A DNA stretch of 64,000 bases, from positions 1,625,042 to 1,689,041 of the forward strand of contig OX638375.1 of NCBI GenBank assembly GCA_951813575.1, in the 5' to 3' direction. Of the stretch, positions 1-9,242 are shown piece by piece. The stretch is from Candidatus Binatia bacterium. Its GTDB lineage: Bacteria; Desulfobacterota; Binatia; UBA9968; JAJDTQ01. The notes beneath the pieces are model-generated. The model did no database searches. It was not told where the DNA came from and saw only the letters and a list, made by a program, of their open reading frames with translations. The number at the start of each line of letters is the position of its first letter. The first letter of the stretch is position 1. The position numbers were made by a program, and so were the translations under genes.

Positions 1-477
1 AACGACATCGTGCGGGTCACCGGAAGACTGCACCGAACACCCGCGCTCGAGTTCGTTCAAAAAGGCAAGGGAGTTACCAACATCACCGGCGAGAAACTGC
101 ACGAAGCCCAGGTGCTGGAAGCCGTCGCCGGGATGCTGGAGGACCGGGGCATGCGTTCGGACTTCTTCATCATGCTCGCCGACCCGGAGGCCGGCCGGTA
201 TACGCTCTTCCTGGAGGCGACTTCGCCGAGCCGCGAAACCAATCTGGCTGACGACCTCGACAGCCGGCTGCGGACCTTGAACGTTGAATATGACTCCAAA
301 CGCGGGAGCGGCAGGCTGACTCCGCTCGAGATCCGTTGCCTTCGGAGCGGCACGGGCGACCGGTACCGGTCAAGCTGCGTGGCAAAGGGCCAGCGCGACA
401 CCCAGTTCAAGTATCTCCATCTTCAATACTCGCATGAGTGTACGTTCGACCTGGATCAGCATGTAGCGCCCGGATGA
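1..477 (+). CDS. GH3 family (acyl-acid amido synthetase-like) protein, C-terminal fragment; 5' end lies outside the window
   Basis: Frame of ORF 10..477. The C-terminal motifs (RVTGRLH-TPALEF, PLEIR-L-SGT, Q-KY) resemble the GH3 C-terminal domain. The stop overlaps the next gene's start in an ATGA. Confidence 0.55.
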   Translation, partial: NDIVRVTGRLHRTPALEFVQKGKGVTNITGEKLHEAQVLEAVAGMLEDRGMRSDFFIMLADPEAGRYTLFLEATSPSRETNLADDLDSRLRTLNVEYDSKRGSGRLTPLEIRCLRSGTGDRYRSSCVAKGQRDTQFKYLHLQYSHECTFDLDQHVAPG

Positions 478-1616
478 GACGGATGCGTATCGAGCGGTTG
501 GAACTGTTCTCTTTTCCGATTCCGTTCAAGGTGGTGTTTCGGCACGCATCCGCCCGTCGCGCCCGAGCCGAGAACCTGATCGTGGCCGCCCATTCCGACT
601 GCGGTCAAGTCGGTTACGGCGAAGGCTGTCCGCGCGCCTATGTCACCGGAGAGACCGTCGAGAGCGGAGCCGCATTCATCCATCAACACGCCGATGCAAT
701 CATCGACGCCGTTCACGACGAGGGAGGTCTCCGGGAATGGATCGGCGCGCACCTAACTGCGATCGACCAGAACCCCGCGGCGTTCTGCGCGGTCGAGATC
801 GCGCTCCTGGATCTGATCGGCAAGATCAAGCGAAGCCCGATCGAGAGGCTCGTTGGCGTGCCGGCTCTGGACGGGGCGTTCGCGTACTCGGCCGTCCTGG
901 GTGACGCCCCGTATCTCGCTTACCGGTGGCAATTCGGTCGTTACTGGAGACAAGGGTTCCGAGACTTCAAGGTCAAGGCCTCGGGCGACCTTCGACGTGA
1001 CCGCCCCAAGATGCGCGTGTTCCGTAACAGGAGCGAACCGCCCCCGAGGGTCCGGCTCGACGCAAACAACCTATGGACCTCCGCCGGCGAATGCATCTCC
1101 CATGTCGAAGCTCTCCCTTACCCCGTCTTCGCCATCGAAGAACCGCTCCGGAAAGGGGATCTGGAGGGATTCGACCGGGTGGGTCAAGCGTGCCGCATTA
1201 AGGTCATCCTGGACGAAAGCGTCTCGCAGACCCGGCAATTGGATGCCCTCGGAGCCGGCGATCGTTGGATCGTCAACCTGCGCGTGTCGAAGATGGGAGG
1301 GATCATCCGATCCTTGGAACTTGCGGCGAACGCCGCCCGCTATGGCATCGGCGTCATCGTTGGCGCACAGGTGGGCGAGACGAGCATCCTCACCCGCGCC
1401 GCGTTGACAGTCATGAACGCCATCCGCTCCAACCTCGTGGCCTGCGAGGGCGCTTTCGGCACTCACCTGCTCCAACAGGACCTCACCACCGAGAGCATCA
1501 TGTTCCGCGCCGGCGGAACCCTTTCCGCGGACGACCTCGGCACAAACCGCGATCCGGGCCTCGGCTTGAAGATCCGCGAGCGTGCTTTGATCCCGGTTAG
1601 ATTCCGCCCCTTGTAG
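474..1616 (+). CDS. Enolase-superfamily enzyme of the mandelate racemase / muconate lactonizing enzyme class (dipeptide epimerase or o-succinylbenzoate synthase-like)
   Basis: ORF 438..1616 from Met13 (MRRMRIERLELFSFPIPFK). The metal-ligand motifs DANNLWT, ILDES and KVSKMGG are typical of this family. Confidence 0.8.
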   Translation: MRRMRIERLELFSFPIPFKVVFRHASARRARAENLIVAAHSDCGQVGYGEGCPRAYVTGETVESGAAFIHQHADAIIDAVHDEGGLREWIGAHLTAIDQNPAAFCAVEIALLDLIGKIKRSPIERLVGVPALDGAFAYSAVLGDAPYLAYRWQFGRYWRQGFRDFKVKASGDLRRDRPKMRVFRNRSEPPPRVRLDANNLWTSAGECISHVEALPYPVFAIEEPLRKGDLEGFDRVGQACRIKVILDESVSQTRQLDALGAGDRWIVNLRVSKMGGIIRSLELAANAARYGIGVIVGAQVGETSILTRAALTVMNAIRSNLVACEGAFGTHLLQQDLTTESIMFRAGGTLSADDLGTNRDPGLGLKIRERALIPVRFRPL

Positions 1617-1641
1617 TTGACCGGGTACCACCGGTCCATCC

Positions 1642-2517
1642 TCACATGGCCCAACGAAGGTACGCCGACAGGATGTCTTCGCCCCACATCACGCAAACCC
1701 AGCCGGCCGTAGCGAGGTAGGGACCGAACGGGAACGGCTCGCTCCTTCGACGACGGCCCAGCGCGACCATGACGGCCCCTGCAACTAGCCCAATCGCCGA
1801 TGAAAACAGCAACACCAGGATCAGCACCTGCCAACCCAGCCAAGCTCCCAGCGCCGCCATGAGTTTGAAGTCACCGTAACCCATGGCCTCCTTGCCGGTG
1901 AGCAGCCGAAAGACGTGGAACACGACCCACAAGGAGAGATAACCCCCGATCGCCCCGAGCACGGCCGATGAAGGCGGAGTGAAGACCTCCCCAAGGTTGA
2001 GGGCCAGGCCCGTCCACAGGAAAGGCACCGTGATGATGTCGGGGAGTTGTTGCGTTTCCGCGTCGATGGCGGCCAGAGTGATCAGTCCCCAGGTCATCAG
2101 CAACGCGCCGAGCATGGGGGCGCCGTAGCCAAACCGCCAGGCGACCATCGCCGACAGGCCGGCGCTCAACAACTCCACCACAGGATACCGGATCGGTATG
2201 CGCCACCCGCACCAGGCGCATCGTCCGCGGAACGCCACGTAGCTCACCACCGGGATGACCTGCCAGACCGTCAACGGGTGACAGCAATGGGGGCAGTGGG
2301 ATCGTGGGACGACCAGGCCGTAAGCCTGACTTTGATCGCTCCTGTCAGCCCGGGCATCTTCGTCTACCCCCGCCAACTCCCTCGGCGTCCCGTCGTGCAG
2401 CATTCGAGGCAGCCGATGGACGACCACGTTGAGGAAGCTCCCGACCATGAGGCCGAGGCCTGCCACCGTCGTGATGAACACGGCCGGATTAGCCTCCAGG
2501 ATCAGGGGGTCGGACAT
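1642..2517 (-). CDS. pilD: Prepilin peptidase / type 4 leader peptidase (A24 family, PilD/GspO)
   Basis: These are the last 291 codons of ORF 1642..3906. The protein has the N-terminal CPHC-x-CAWC zinc motif, eight transmembrane segments and the GYGDFKLMAALGAWLGW catalytic motif. The upstream 460 codons of the ORF are read-through. Confidence 0.85.
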   Translation of the reverse strand: MSDPLILEANPAVFITTVAGLGLMVGSFLNVVVHRLPRMLHDGTPRELAGVDEDARADRSDQSQAYGLVVPRSHCPHCCHPLTVWQVIPVVSYVAFRGRCAWCGWRIPIRYPVVELLSAGLSAMVAWRFGYGAPMLGALLMTWGLITLAAIDAETQQLPDIITVPFLWTGLALNLGEVFTPPSSAVLGAIGGYLSLWVVFHVFRLLTGKEAMGYGDFKLMAALGAWLGWQVLILVLLFSSAIGLVAGAVMVALGRRRRSEPFPFGPYLATAGWVCVMWGEDILSAYLRWAM

Positions 2518-2733
2518 AACGCGGGAGTTCAGGTTACGATCTTTCGCGCCATGGAGTGCGTTCCTCCAGATTTGCCCAAGGCGACTCGTATGGAACCTCG
2601 AACCGACCGCCAAATCGAGCGGCAAAGCGGTTGACGGATAGAGGTCAACGGAAATATAGTCCGGGCTTAGGAGCCAATCAAACCCGAAGGCGCTGCTGGC
2701 GCCAACCTCCCGCCAAGGCTCCCTCAAACTAGA

Positions 2734-3177
2734 GTGCGCGCCGAAATGGTTCGATTCTACTCGATCCCCTCGGAGAAACTCACCAAAGGCTTCACGCTGC
2801 TGGAATTGCTGGCAGTGCTGGTAATCCTTGGACTGGTAGGTGCCATCGTGGCGCCGCAAGTGTTCAAGTGGCTGGACAAGGCCAACTTCGATGCGACGCG
2901 GGTGCAGATCGAAGCGCTCAGCGGCAGCATTGACCTGTACCGTCTGGAGGTAGGCTCTTACCCGCCGACCTTGGAAGCACTTGTGCGCAAACCCAGCGGA
3001 GTGGAACGGTGGAACGGGCCGTATCTCAGGAAGGCCGTGATTCCCAAGGATCCATGGAAGCGCGAGTACCGGTACCGCGTTCCAGGCGAGCATGGCCCCT
3101 ATGATCTGTACCCGCTGGGTGCGGACGGCGTCGAGGGTGGCCAGGGGAACAACGCCGACATCAAGAGTTGGGAATAG
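2734..3177 (+). CDS. gspG: Type II secretion major pseudopilin GspG; the likely true start is the Met at 2746
   Basis: It has the class III signal KGFTLLELLAVLVILGL. The C-terminal DPWKREYRYRVPGEHGPYDLYPLGADGVEGGQGNNADIKSW matches the GspG signature. Confidence 0.85.
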   Translation: MRAEMVRFYSIPSEKLTKGFTLLELLAVLVILGLVGAIVAPQVFKWLDKANFDATRVQIEALSGSIDLYRLEVGSYPPTLEALVRKPSGVERWNGPYLRKAVIPKDPWKREYRYRVPGEHGPYDLYPLGADGVEGGQGNNADIKSWE

Positions 3178-3256
3178 GCCGGCAAGGTGAGGTGGTCCTG
3201 GAAAATCGGACAGGTTGCTAAGGTGTATTCCACCGACTGAAGGAGGAGGGATACGC

Positions 3257-3538
3257 ATGAGCACACGACGAAGGTTCAGCGGAGACTTCAAGGCGAAGGT
3301 GGCGCTGGAGGCGCTGCGTGGGGACAAGACGGTCCAGGAGATCGCGGCCCGGCACAAGGTCCATCCGAACCAGGTGAGCACCTGGAAGCAGCGAGCGGTG
3401 GAGGGGATGAAGGAGTTGTTCTCCAAGGGTGCGGAGCGGGCACGTGGGGACCACGAGGGGGAGGTTCGGGACCTGCACGCGAAGATCGGGGAGTTGACGG
3501 TGGAGCGGGATTTTTTGGCCAAAGGGCTCAAGTGGTGA
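3257..3538 (+). CDS. IS3-family transposase OrfA (HTH_Tnp_1)
   Basis: ORF 3215..3538 from MSTRRRFSGDFKAKV. A leucine-zipper-like C-terminus is present. Confidence 0.85.
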   Translation: MSTRRRFSGDFKAKVALEALRGDKTVQEIAARHKVHPNQVSTWKQRAVEGMKELFSKGAERARGDHEGEVRDLHAKIGELTVERDFLAKGLKW

Positions 3539-4458
3539 GCCGGGAGAAGCGCCGGGCGATGATCGAGCCCGGCCATCCCAAGCTCAGCTTGAGCCGTCAA
3601 TGCCATCTGCTTCGAGTGAGTCGATCCTCGGTGTACCACCGGCCCAAGGGCGAGAGCGCGGAGAATTTGGCGCTGATGCGCCGGATCGACAAGCTGTTCC
3701 TGGAGTACCCCTTCTACGGCAGCCGCCAGATGGTCCGCCATCTGTGGCGGGAGCGAGTCCGAGTGGGTCGTCACCGGGTGCGGCGTCTGATGCGCCTGAT
3801 GGGGCTCCAGGCCATCTACCAGGCGCCGCGGACCACCCGACCGCACCCCGAGCAGCGGGTTTACCCCTATATGCTCAAGGGCGTCGCCATCGAACGGCCC
3901 AATCACGTGTGGACCGCAGATATAACCTACATCCCGGTCCGGAAGGGCTTCCTGTACCTGGTGGCGGTCATGGACTGGGCCACCCGCCGGGTGCTCTCCT
4001 GGCGGCTGTCGAACACCCTCGATGCCCGCTTCTGTACAGACGCCCTCTCAGAGGCTCTGGAACGCTACGGCCCTCCCGAGATCTTCAACACCGACCAGGG
4101 CAGCCAGTTCACCAGCCTGGAGTTCACCTCCGTGCTCAAGGACGCCGGCATTGCCATCTCCATGGACGGAAGGGGCCGGTGCATGGACAACATCTTCATC
4201 GAGCGCCTGTGGCGCTCGCTGAAGTACGAGGCTGTCTACCTGCACGAGCTCTCGGACGGCTTCGCGGCCCTGCGGGTCATCGCCCGGTGGGTGGCCTTCT
4301 ACAACAACCAAAGGCCTCATTCCGCCCTCGCCGGCTCCACCCCACAGGAGGCCTACGAACGAGGACTCCAGAGGCAGGCCGGACCTCACACCCCGCCCGC
4401 CCCTCTGCCAGTTCCATCCGAACACGAAGACGTGATAAACGGGACCTTGGCGGCATGA
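3532..4458 (+). CDS. IS3-family transposase OrfB (DDE integrase core). It is probably expressed as an OrfAB fusion by a programmed -1 frameshift.
   Basis: The sequence has DDE/rve motifs (HVWTADITYI, NTDQGSQFTS, MDGRGRCMDNIFIERLW). It overlaps OrfA in the -1 frame. Confidence 0.85.
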   Translation: MVSREKRRAMIEPGHPKLSLSRQCHLLRVSRSSVYHRPKGESAENLALMRRIDKLFLEYPFYGSRQMVRHLWRERVRVGRHRVRRLMRLMGLQAIYQAPRTTRPHPEQRVYPYMLKGVAIERPNHVWTADITYIPVRKGFLYLVAVMDWATRRVLSWRLSNTLDARFCTDALSEALERYGPPEIFNTDQGSQFTSLEFTSVLKDAGIAISMDGRGRCMDNIFIERLWRSLKYEAVYLHELSDGFAALRVIARWVAFYNNQRPHSALAGSTPQEAYERGLQRQAGPHTPPAPLPVPSEHEDVINGTLAA

Positions 4459-4582
4459 TCGAACGTCTGGAATACACCTTAACTCAGCCGCCCACCTGTC
4501 CTACAAACCAGGACCACCTCAGCCCGCGACACGCCCAAGCCAAGGCGAAACTGGACTTGCCCGGGATTGGTGGACAGGTTGG

Positions 4583-4885
4583 TTAAGCTGCCCGTGCCAT
4601 CCGCTCGAAGCCTGCTGGTGTCTGGTAGCCGAGGGTCGAGTGGCGACGTTGCCGATTGTAGAAGACCTCGATGAACTCGAAGATCGCGGCCCTTGCCTCG
4701 GCTGGACTCTGGTAGTCGGCGTGGTGGATGAGCTCGGTCTTCAGCGTTGCAAAGAAGCTCTCCACGACGGCGTTGTCCCAGCAGTTGGCGCGTCGGCTCA
4801 TGGAGCATTCGATGCCGTGGGCATCGAGCAGGCGCCGGTAGTCGGCCGAAGCGTATTGGGCGGTTTCAAGGGGTCGTCGCAACAC
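4583..4885 (-). pseudogene. C-terminal ~100 codons of a transposase from a different IS3-family element. An IR-like end (TTGGTGGACAGGTTGGTTAA) follows at ~4545-4580.
   Basis: The fragment reads [18 protein letters not shown]...[19 protein letters not shown]. The same fragment recurs at 15490-15693 on the plus strand. Confidence 0.75.
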
Positions 4886-5303
4886 GTCCTCGCTGGTGTA
4901 AGAGTAGCAGTTCGTTCAAGGCTTCGGATGGAGTTCTCCACCCGAGAGTCTTCCGCGGTCGGCGGTTGAGTGTGGCCGCGACAGCAGCAATGTCGTTAGC
5001 GCTGTGCCGATTGAGGTCAGTACCTTTGGGGAAGTACTGGCGCAGCAGACCATTGGTGTTCTCGTTGGTGCCGCGCTGCCACGGACTGTGGGGGTCACAG
5101 AAGAATACTTGCAACCCTGTGTCGATACCCAAACTTCCTGATGGTATCCGGTGTGAGCCAGGCGGCGGCTTCGCCTGGACTTGGTGCGATCGCAGCGTGG
5201 GCTGTCCTGCTCGATGCTCCCGGACCTCCTGGAGCCCCTTCAGAACATCCGAAGCGATATTGCGGTGAGCCATTCTTGATACCCTCCACAAGAGGCCGCT
5301 CAA
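4866..5303 (-). pseudogene. IS30-family transposase, C-terminal fragment
   Basis: The fragment reads [31 protein letters not shown]...[17 protein letters not shown]. There is no N-terminal HTH domain. Confidence 0.7.
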
Positions 5304-5310
5304 CGATGCT

Positions 5311-5770
5311 CACGTGGCACCGCCTCGCCGGACGACATGGGAGGCCTTGTGGTCTTGGGCTTCTTGGCCTTTGGCGACTCATAGAAGAGCTTCAGACTCT
5401 CCATCTTGCGCCGAAATTCCTCGGTGATCTGGCGGGCGACGGCGGGGTCCTGCAGCGCCCGCGGGGTGATCAGAATCACCAGCTCGGTACGGCGGCTGGA
5501 GTCCGCGGTGGTCTTGAACAGGTGACCGAGCAGGGGGATGTCGGAGAAACCCGGGACGCCGGACTGGGACTAGTTCTTGTTCTCCCGGATCAGGCCGCCG
5601 AGGACGATGGTCTCTCCGCTTTGGACGGCGACGCTGCTGTTGATCTTGCGCTGCTGGATCGTGGGCGTCAGGCTCCCGGCAGAACCTGGTGCCACGTCGC
5701 TTACTTCCTGCTTGATCTCCATGACCACGAGTCCGCCGGCGCTTACACGGGGCCTGACCGTGAGCAGCAC
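5311..5770 (-). pseudogene. Secretin (GspD/PilQ family) C-terminal fragment, copy 1. It is interrupted by an in-frame stop after ...GGLIRENKN.
   Basis: ORF 5570..5770 plus the continuation in the same frame (SGVPGFSDIPLLG-LFKTT...ELVILITPR). It is paralogous to 6804..7217. Confidence 0.6.
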
Positions 5771-5926
5771 GCCGGTGTCGCGGAACTCGATATTGTCGAC
5801 AGTGCTTGAGTCCCATTGCCGGCGCCAGCAGCCCTGTCACGCCGCCATTAAAGGTTGCCTAGAATGCCGTTGTCGATTAACAATGGTCCAAAGAAAGAGT
5901 ACGGGTCAGTACAAGGAGGTACCGGT

Positions 5927-6157
5927 GTGACAAACTATCGGGACCGCATCACTATCGAGCCGGGAAAGCGCGGCGGCAAGCCCTGTGTCCGCTTCATGCG
6001 GATCACGGTCTATGACGTGCTGGATTGGCTAGCCTCGGGCATGAGTGAAGCAGAGATTCTGAAGGACCACCCGGAATTGACCCAAGAGGACATCCGGGCC
6101 TGCCTGGCCTTTGCCGCCAATCGGGAACACCAATTATCTATGATCGCACCCGCTTGA
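5927..6157 (+). CDS. DUF433 domain protein (antitoxin-like partner)
   Basis: GTG start with an AAGGAGG Shine-Dalgarno sequence. The protein reads ITIEPGKRGGKPCVRFMRITVYDVLDWLASGMSEAEIL. Its stop overlaps the next gene's start. Confidence 0.75.
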   Translation: MTNYRDRITIEPGKRGGKPCVRFMRITVYDVLDWLASGMSEAEILKDHPELTQEDIRACLAFAANREHQLSMIAPA

Positions 6158-6486
6158 AGCTGCTCCTAGATCAGAACCTGTCTTTCCGGCTGCTGGAGGA
6201 GCTGGAACCCATCTATCCGGGCTCGACGCAAGTCAAGCTCATTAACCTCGATCAGACGGACGATCTTGGCGTCTGGCGCTTCGCCAGGGACAACGATTTT
6301 ACCATCGTTACCAAGGACTCGGATTTCCACGAGTTCAGCCTGGTCTATGGCAGTCCGCCGAAGGTGATCTGGCTCAAATGCGGCAACAAGCCCAGATCGT
6401 ATGTGCTGGGTCTACTGCTCGACAATCAGGATGCGGTCACGGCCTTCTTCAAGGACGACCAAAGCAGCTGCTTGGAAATCTATTAA
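6154..6486 (+). CDS. DUF5615 (PIN-like, Mut7-C-type) protein, toxin-like partner of DUF433
   Basis: The N-terminus MKLLLDQNLSFRLLEEL and the acidic residues are typical of DUF5615. It is translationally coupled to the DUF433 gene. Confidence 0.7.
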   Translation: MKLLLDQNLSFRLLEELEPIYPGSTQVKLINLDQTDDLGVWRFARDNDFTIVTKDSDFHEFSLVYGSPPKVIWLKCGNKPRSYVLGLLLDNQDAVTAFFKDDQSSCLEIY

Positions 6487-6572
6487 CGCTTACCGGTCCC
6501 TGTGCCGGATCGGGCGGCGAGGCGGCACGGGCAACTTTCTGTTGCTTGCTGAAGATTAGGTCACTTCACGTG

Positions 6573-6690
6573 GGCATAGGAAAGCTCCACTTGGTGGCGG
6601 GACCCCACGGGTACTGAGGTGGTCCCACTTTGGTGGACAGTGTGGCGGTGGCGTTAAGTAAGGGGATGTGGTCCCGGAAAATCGTGTCGT
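6573..6690 (+). other. 14-codon Rhs remnant (GIGKLHLVAGPHGY) joined at ~6615 to an IS-terminal-IR-like sequence (TGAGGTGGTCCC...GGACAG...TTAAG)
   Basis: The peptide matches the Rhs copy at 15200-15250. The first 11 nt of the adjoining sequence equal the IS3 terminal IR. Confidence 0.45.
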
Positions 6691-6803
6691 CTTAACCTTC
6701 TTTCCGTCGTACTGAGGAGAGGAAGGAGGATGTCGAGCCCGAGGCTGCAGCCCAAGGCAAGACGTCTTGAGGTGGAGGGAAAGACGATCTACGTGCCGAC
6801 CGC

Positions 6804-7217
6804 TCAACGTCCCTTAGACGGCGCAGCCTCGGAGGGCGTTTTAAAGGGTTTCGTGGCCTTGGCCTTCCCGGCCTTCGACGACCCATAGAAGGGTTTCAGA
6901 CTTCCCATCTTGCGCCGGAATTCCTCTGTGATGTGACAGGCGACGGCAGGGTCTTGTACGGCGCGGGGCGTGATCAGGACTACCAGTTCGGTACGGCGGG
7001 TGGAATCCGCGGTGGTCTTGAACAGGCGACCGAGCAGGGGGACGTCGGAAAGAGCGGACACGCCGGACTGGGACCGGTTCTTGTTCTCCCGGATCAGGCC
7101 TCCGAGAACGATGGTGTCGCCGCTCTGTGCTGCGACGCTGCGGTTGATCCTTCGCTGCTGGATGGTCGGCGTCAGGCTTCCGGCCGAGCCCGGCGCCACG
7201 TCGCTCACCTCCTGCAT
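6804..7217 (-). pseudogene. Secretin (GspD/PilQ family) C-terminal fragment, copy 2. Upstream of ~7217 the reading frame changes.
   Basis: The fragment reads LTPTIQQRRINRSVAAQSGDTIVLGGLIRENKN...SDVPLLGRLFKTT...ELVVLITPRAV. There is no N-terminal secretin domain. Confidence 0.65.
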
Positions 7218-7359
7218 GATCTCCTCTCCATGACGACGAGCCCGCCGGCGCTGACCGGGGCCTGACCGTGAGGAGCACGCCGGTGTGTGCGTGCTCGTTG
7301 AGAATTAGTCACTTCACCGAGCTCTCTGCCCTGCCTGTCCGGCGCAGCGATCCGGGAGT

Positions 7360-8875
7360 TTGGCGGTCCACTGCGTGGCAGGCTCCCACGGGTATTTGCG
7401 CATGCACGGCTACGACCACGTGGGGAGGCCAAGGAGCGAGACCGCGACCATATCCGGGGAGACCTTCCGGACAAGCCGCAGCTACGATAGCGCCGGCCGC
7501 GTGGCCACGGTGAGCTACCCCAAGAAGGGGTTTGGGGTGGGTTACGAGTATACCGCGAGCGGGTATTCGAGTAATATCTACAGTGTGGAGTCCACGGGGA
7601 CGGTGTACTGGACGGCGGAGGAGGTGAACGCCGAGGGGCAGATCACCGAGGCGATGCTGGGGAACGGGGTGAGCACCACCCGGAGCTGCGACCCGGAGAC
7701 CGGACTGGTGGAGAGCATCCAATCAGGGAAGGACGGCAACACGGAGGTACAGGACCTGGGGTATGTGTTCGACAGTCTGGGGAACCTGAGCACCCGGGAG
7801 GATTCCATCCAGGGGGTGTACGAGAGTTTTGACTATGACCTCTTGAACCGTCTTACGGGCGGCGCGGTGTACGATGCACTGGACGACACCGAGCGGGAGG
7901 CCAAGACCTACAGTTACGACGCCGTCGGCAACATCGTGAACAAGTCGGACGTGGGGGCTGAGGACTACGAGTACGAGTCCGGGAACGAGGCGGGGTCGGG
8001 GGATGCGGGTCCTCATGCGGTGGTGAGTGCCGGGGGAAACACCTACGAGTACGACGACAACGGGAACATGACCTCCGGGGCGGGGAAGGCCATGACCTGG
8101 ACGAGCTTCAACAAACCCCAGGTCATAAGCGACTCCACTACCACCAGCGCATTCATCCACGGTCCCGAAAGAGCCCGGATACAGCAGACCCGGGTGCAGG
8201 GGGCGGCCACCACCACCATCAAGTACGTGGGCACGATGTTCGAGCAGGTGGAGAAGACGGGTGCGGCCACCCAGTACGTGCACTACGTGTTTGCGGGGGA
8301 GAGGCGGGTGGCGGTGTACACCACCGACGATGGAGCCACGCCCACGGAGACGACGCGGTACCTGCACCAGGACCACCTGGGGTCGGTGGACACCATCACG
8401 GACGAGACCGGGGCGGTGGTGGAGCGGCTGTCGTACGATGCGTGGGGCAAGCGGAGGACGGCCACGGGGGACGATGCCTGGACCGACTCGCTCATAGCCA
8501 TCACCCCGGGGAACACCCCCAGAGGGTTTACCGGCCACGAGCACCTGGACGACTTCGAGCTGGTGCACATGAACGGGAGGGTGTACGACCCGGTGCTGGG
8601 GAGGTTTATGAGTCCGGATCCATTCGTGCAGTACCCGGAGAGTACTCAGGGGTTTAACCGGTATACCTATACCTCCAACAACCCCCTGTCCTTTACCGAT
8701 CCCAGCGGGTACTTCCTTTCAGAGCCGGATTGGGACGCAGACTACGAAATCGACGACGACGAGGAGAACGGGGGGCCTACGGCTGCGACGGCTGCGGCTA
8801 TACTGGCAACGATGAGGATGAACTGTACGGTGACGATCCGTGGGACGACACGCCGGTACGGCCCGGGGACACTAG
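7360..8875 (+). pseudogene. Rhs/YD-repeat protein, C-terminal core fragment (copy 1). It is 5'-truncated and carries a 1-nt deletion near 8776. Its toxin domain is replaced from ~8876.
   Basis: It has YD repeats (YEYTASGY, SYDAVGNIVN, TYEYDDNGNM) and the core-end motif RVYDPVLGRFMSPDPF...NRYTYTSNNPLSFTDPSGY. ORF 8730..8939 continues the copy-2 toxin N-terminus in a shifted frame. Confidence 0.8.
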
Positions 8876-9031
8876 AGCCTTGGCCAGATCGCGTTCCGCG
8901 ACCAGGCCCAGCGAGATCAGGAACGGACCCAGCCGTTGACCGCTTTCAGCTTGAAGCCGCAGTGCACGGTCCAGCTCCGACCGTTCCAGGCAGCGCTTCT
9001 CAACCAGCAATTCGCCGACGGCGTCGCTCAT
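8873..9031 (-). pseudogene. First 53 codons of a type II secretion / type IV pilus ATPase (GspE/PilB N-terminal domain). It is truncated at its junction with the Rhs fragment.
   Basis: The fragment MSDAVGELLVEKRCLERSELDRALRLQAESGQRLGPFLISLGLVAERDLAKAL matches the T2SSE_N domain. The remainder of ORF 8798..9031 is antisense Rhs sequence. Confidence 0.6.
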
Positions 9032-9242
9032 GGTTCGAGAGTTCCCGTGACGACGAGATTATCACGTTACCCTACGGGTCAACAGCGGTTACGACCAACT
9101 CCGAATCCACCTGCCATCGCGATCGTTCCTAGTGCCGAGCCTCAACGGCCGATCACGGCCGCTGCCTAGGCAATCCGCACCGGCATTCCGTTTCCCGATA
9201 CCGGCGCGCTGCTCACCGTCAGTTCCGGCAGTTCGTTCCCTT

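Larger units (their letters stand above)
3188..4521 (+). mobile_element. IS3-family insertion sequence, copy A (1334 bp). It has imperfect terminal IRs (TGAGGTGGTCCTGG...GGACAGG...TAAGGTGTATTCCA) and 5'-TG...CA-3' ends.
   Basis: OrfA and OrfB are in the 0 and -1 frames with a TTTTTTG slippery site at ~3511-3517. The IRs match when the ends at ~3188 and ~4521 are compared. The left end lies 10 bp after the gspG stop. Confidence 0.85.

Noticed and set aside
2518-3906. Upstream 460 codons of the 754-aa minus-strand ORF 1642..3906
   Set aside because: Only the last 291 codons encode the prepilin peptidase. The remainder overlaps gspG and the IS OrfA on the opposite strand. It is read-through typical of high-GC DNA.
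3600-4586. Alternative-frame ORFs inside the IS transposase genes (3600..4586+, 9928..10935-, 11573..12202-)
   Set aside because: They share coordinates with the DDE transposase ORFs, which have the real motifs.
7360-9132. ORF 7360..9132 taken as an intact 590-aa gene
   Set aside because: After ~8776 the frame is shifted relative to its paralogue. After ~8876 it is antisense gspE sequence. Only the Rhs core portion is genuine.
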